A DNA stretch of 64,000 bases from Macrostomum lignano (Eukaryota), in assembly GCA_002269645.1 (NCBI GenBank), contig NIVC01001522.1, positions 186,001-250,000 of the forward strand. The letters are read 5' to 3'. The translations under genes and the position numbers were made by a program. The notes beneath the pieces were generated by a model, which worked only from the letters and a program-made list of their open reading frames with translations, ran no database searches and was not told the DNA's origin. Numbering within the stretch: the first letter of the stretch is position 1; the number at the start of each line of letters is the position of its first letter. Positions 60,746 through 64,000 of this stretch are shown here, piece by piece.

Positions 60746-61263
60746 TATATCACAAAGGTATTTAGGTCTGTTTGGACTTGTCTTTAATACTAAATTTGTA
60801 AATTATCTGCCGATAATTCAAAGAGGGACAGCCATGTTCTAAAGATACTACCACAATGAAAAGTGCTGACCCTACGAAAACGAAGTTTTCGCAACGGGAG
60901 AACCAGATTTTGAAAACTATAAATACCGTTCCTGTACCTGCAGGAGCAAGCACAGCTTACTCAGTCTAAGTTAAGGGCCTCACGGTCCATCTGGTTTGGG
61001 GTTCCAGATTTAAAACGTCCCCCGGCCTGAGTGAGCTGCAGTGCAGACTAAATGAATAAAACTGAGTGCGGACTAAGCAGCCACGTGTCCCTACGGGGAA
61101 TAAGCTCGGGCCGCCGTTCCGTCATACGGCAAAATTTTTTCGCTTTAACTTATTTTGCCTTATTTAGTAAATAGACTGTACAAACAGACTCGAATATTTT
61201 TTGAAAAACAGCAAGAGGTTCTCACGCAGAGACTGCTCGAGGTAAGTAAAAGATTATTTTAAG

Positions 61264-64000
61264 TTATCTTATGGCTTTCCTGAATTTTGTTGTGACGGGT
61301 TCTCTAAACCCTGGTCTGCACCATTCTTTGTGATCAGAGTGAAAGTCATGGACTTCCGATAGCAGAACTTTTTTGTACCACCTAAGGCCTAGGTTCCAAA
61401 CCCTCTCCTTAAACCTAGGCATCTTGGTGATATCATGCAGGTAGCTAATTTTGGTGTATTTGGGGGCTCCAAGCACCAATCTGAGTGCTTGATTTTGAAG
61501 AAGCTGCAGTCTTTGGATGAGTGCATCGGAGGCGTTGACAAGAATCGGCGCACCGTATGTCATGCCGCTCTCAATGTAAGCCCTGTAAAGGAGTCGAAGC
61601 GCGAGCTGAGAAATTCTTGTGTTGCGGGCAATTCTCCTCAATGCTTCAAGCTTGGCCATGGCGATGCCGGCAGTCCTCGAGATGTGCTGCCTATAGTTTA
61701 AGTCTCTGTCAAGCGTGACACCAAGAAACGTGACAGAGTCATGGTACGGAATAAAGTCCTTTCCAAGTTTGAGTGGAGGATTGGCGGGGCCGGTGGAATA
61801 GGGACTCTTGTATTTGAAGAAAGCCACCGCCTTGCTTTTGGTGGGGTTGATGGATATGCCCACATCATCTAGCCATTTCTTGAGTATGACCAGGTAGCCG
61901 TTCAGTCTCTTGGCCGTCATCTTGGAAGTTTTCGCGCTCGCCCAGACTGCCAGATCGTCAGCAAATTGACTTTTCTTGACTTTAATGTCGCGCGGGACAG
62001 GAATCGAGCTGACATAAATGATAAACAATAGTGGGGAAAGAACCCCTCCTTGCGGGACACCTGCAGCCGGACTGAAGCCTTCGCTGACCGCCCCCCCCCC
62101 CAACCTGAATAGTAATTTCCCTGTCGTCGAGGTAGCTGGAGATGATCCTGATCATGTTGTGCGGCAGGTCGCTGTCAAACATTCGGTACCTAAGGTAGCT
62201 ATGCCAGACACCGTCGAAGGCACCTTTGACATCAAAGAAGACTCCAAGAGTCACATGTCTCCATTGGTTCATTTTATGTATATCGTCTGTGAGTCGCACA
62301 ATGTTATCAAGCGTACAGTGATCTTGTCTGTACGCACATTGGTCTTCGTTAATAATACCTTTGTTTTCTAAAATCATTCTAAGATATCTGGCAATTACTT
62401 TTTCGTACAGTTTTCCTAAGCAGGAGGTTAGACTGATGGGCCTGTAGTTATTAATTTCATGTCTTGATTTTTTTGGCTTCGGTATCATTTTAATAGTTGC
62501 CCGCTTCCAGGTCTTGGGAAAGTAGCCCAGAAGAAAGCTTGTATTGAAGATTTTGGCAATAGTCTTTACAGAGTCTGGGCTAAGCCCTTTCTTTAGGACA
62601 ATATTAGGGATCAGATCGGGGCCTGGAGCACCCCCAGACCTAAGATTTTTGGTTTCCATAAGGACATCTATATCCAGGATGTTGAGGATGTCAGACTCCA
62701 TGTCCTCTTTTCCAGGGTCACTAGGGTCAGCCCTGTCACGGTGGTAGGTCAGAGCTCTGACCATACTGTCGTGGGGACGGAAGTTCTCATGATCTTCTTT
62801 AGAGATGACTTTATCATACTCGTAAAGCTTGGACTTAGTATCGGGATGAGGCAACATTTGGTCTCTAAGGAAGTCTTGAAATAAGTTAGCAGTCTCTTTC
62901 TCTGTTTCAGCCGTAACCCCGTTGTAGCTAAGGGCGGGAAAAGAGAATGGTTGGATGGCTTGCCCAGTCATTTTTTTTATGTCAACCCAGAATTGACGCG
63001 GTTCTTTTCTGTAACTGGTTTTTGCAATTTTGTTACACAAATTTTCAAATTTCCTATATCTATGCATTTTTATAGCATTTCTGACCTCTTTAGCAGCTTG
63101 GTTGGCTTGAACTCTAAACGCATCAATTCTGGTTTGTTTGAAAAGTTTTCTAAGCTTTCTTCTGTTTTTGATCTTAGCTACAATGTCAGGTGGGAGTTGT
63201 TCTCTCGGGTCCCTGTTAGGGACTACCTCTTCTATTGTTTCTTGAATTTTAACCGTGAGTTTATCAACCACTTTGTCAAGTTCAGCAGGGGTGGAGATAC
63301 GGGATCGAGTCATACTGCAATTTTCAATTTTGTCTTGGAGAACGTATCTGAAGGTCTCCCAATCCGTGTGCCAGTAACTTTTGGGTGGTTTTGGTTTAGC
63401 TTTAGAGTTGGGGTCAATAAAAACTGTAACGATAATGGGAAGGTGGTCACTGTCGAGATCGTCGCCAACAATGACATCACTAACAGAGTTAATCAGGTCA
63501 GGGGAGCAGATGCCTAGATCAAGGACATTGCCTTTAATATTTCCTCCTCTATTGTTAATCCTGGTGCAGTCACCAAAGGAGTTAAGAATGAAGGGGGGGT
63601 CCGGGTGGTTATCGAACCATTCATAGAGTTGTTTTCCCGGGAAGTTTTCTGCACTGTCACCGCCCAGCATGGCGTGGCGACAGTTCAGATCTCCTATTAG
63701 TAAGGATCTGGGTTGGGAGAGCAACTGCTCAAGCAGTGCAGTGCTGATTTGGTCAGGATTTGGAGCTCTGTAAATAAGGGTAATCCTGAGAGTGTTGCTG
63801 GGGTTATTGTTTGGAGTGACATTAAGGCTAATAAACTCATGGTTAGAGTTGTCATAAAATTTGTTGACTTTCGATACATTTAAGGTATTCTTATAAGCAA
63901 TTGCCAGACCTCTTCTGCATCAGGAGTGTCGTATCTGATAACCGCATAGCCTTGAACATAGAACTTGTCCTTATTTTTAAGATCAGTTTCGGAGAATAGA
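61264..64000 (-). mobile_element. Jockey-like LINE ORF2 (APE endonuclease + reverse transcriptase, no RNase H), running off the window
   Basis: GDLNCRH, SDHLPI, YRPISLTSCLGKLYEK, FFDVKGAFD, GVPQGGVLSPLLF, QFADD, FLGV and LQLLQNQALR..LH. Frameshifts at the C11 run (62091-62101) and near 63917. Confidence 0.95.

Overview
Eukaryotic (very probably invertebrate animal) DNA made almost entirely of nested transposable elements and their cargo. I found no conventional host gene, rRNA, intact tRNA or CRISPR array. The left half (2.9-35.3 kb) is Helitron-dominated. It holds an intact 7-exon, ~1662-aa Rep/PIF1-helicase gene with an N-terminal OTU protease domain, Helitron termini at 2922, 12219, 26070/26076 and 35346, a coiled-coil ORF, and a 5.3-kb array of a tandemly repeated phase-1/phase-1 poly-Ala exon. 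Joined head-to-tail is a second Helitron-like unit with minisatellites, a spliced RPA70-like OB-fold gene and a divergent small zinc-knuckle/poly-Gln gene. The right half (35.7-64 kb) holds two copies of a Jockey-like LINE, a nearly intact 7.5-kb EnSpm/CACTA element, two related solo LTRs with ATAT target duplications around a decayed Sola2-like transposase, a Ty3/gypsy remnant, the end of a second CACTA element and an aberrant mariner. All coding elements in that right half face the minus strand. Family assignments come from motif recognition by eye; no database search was run.
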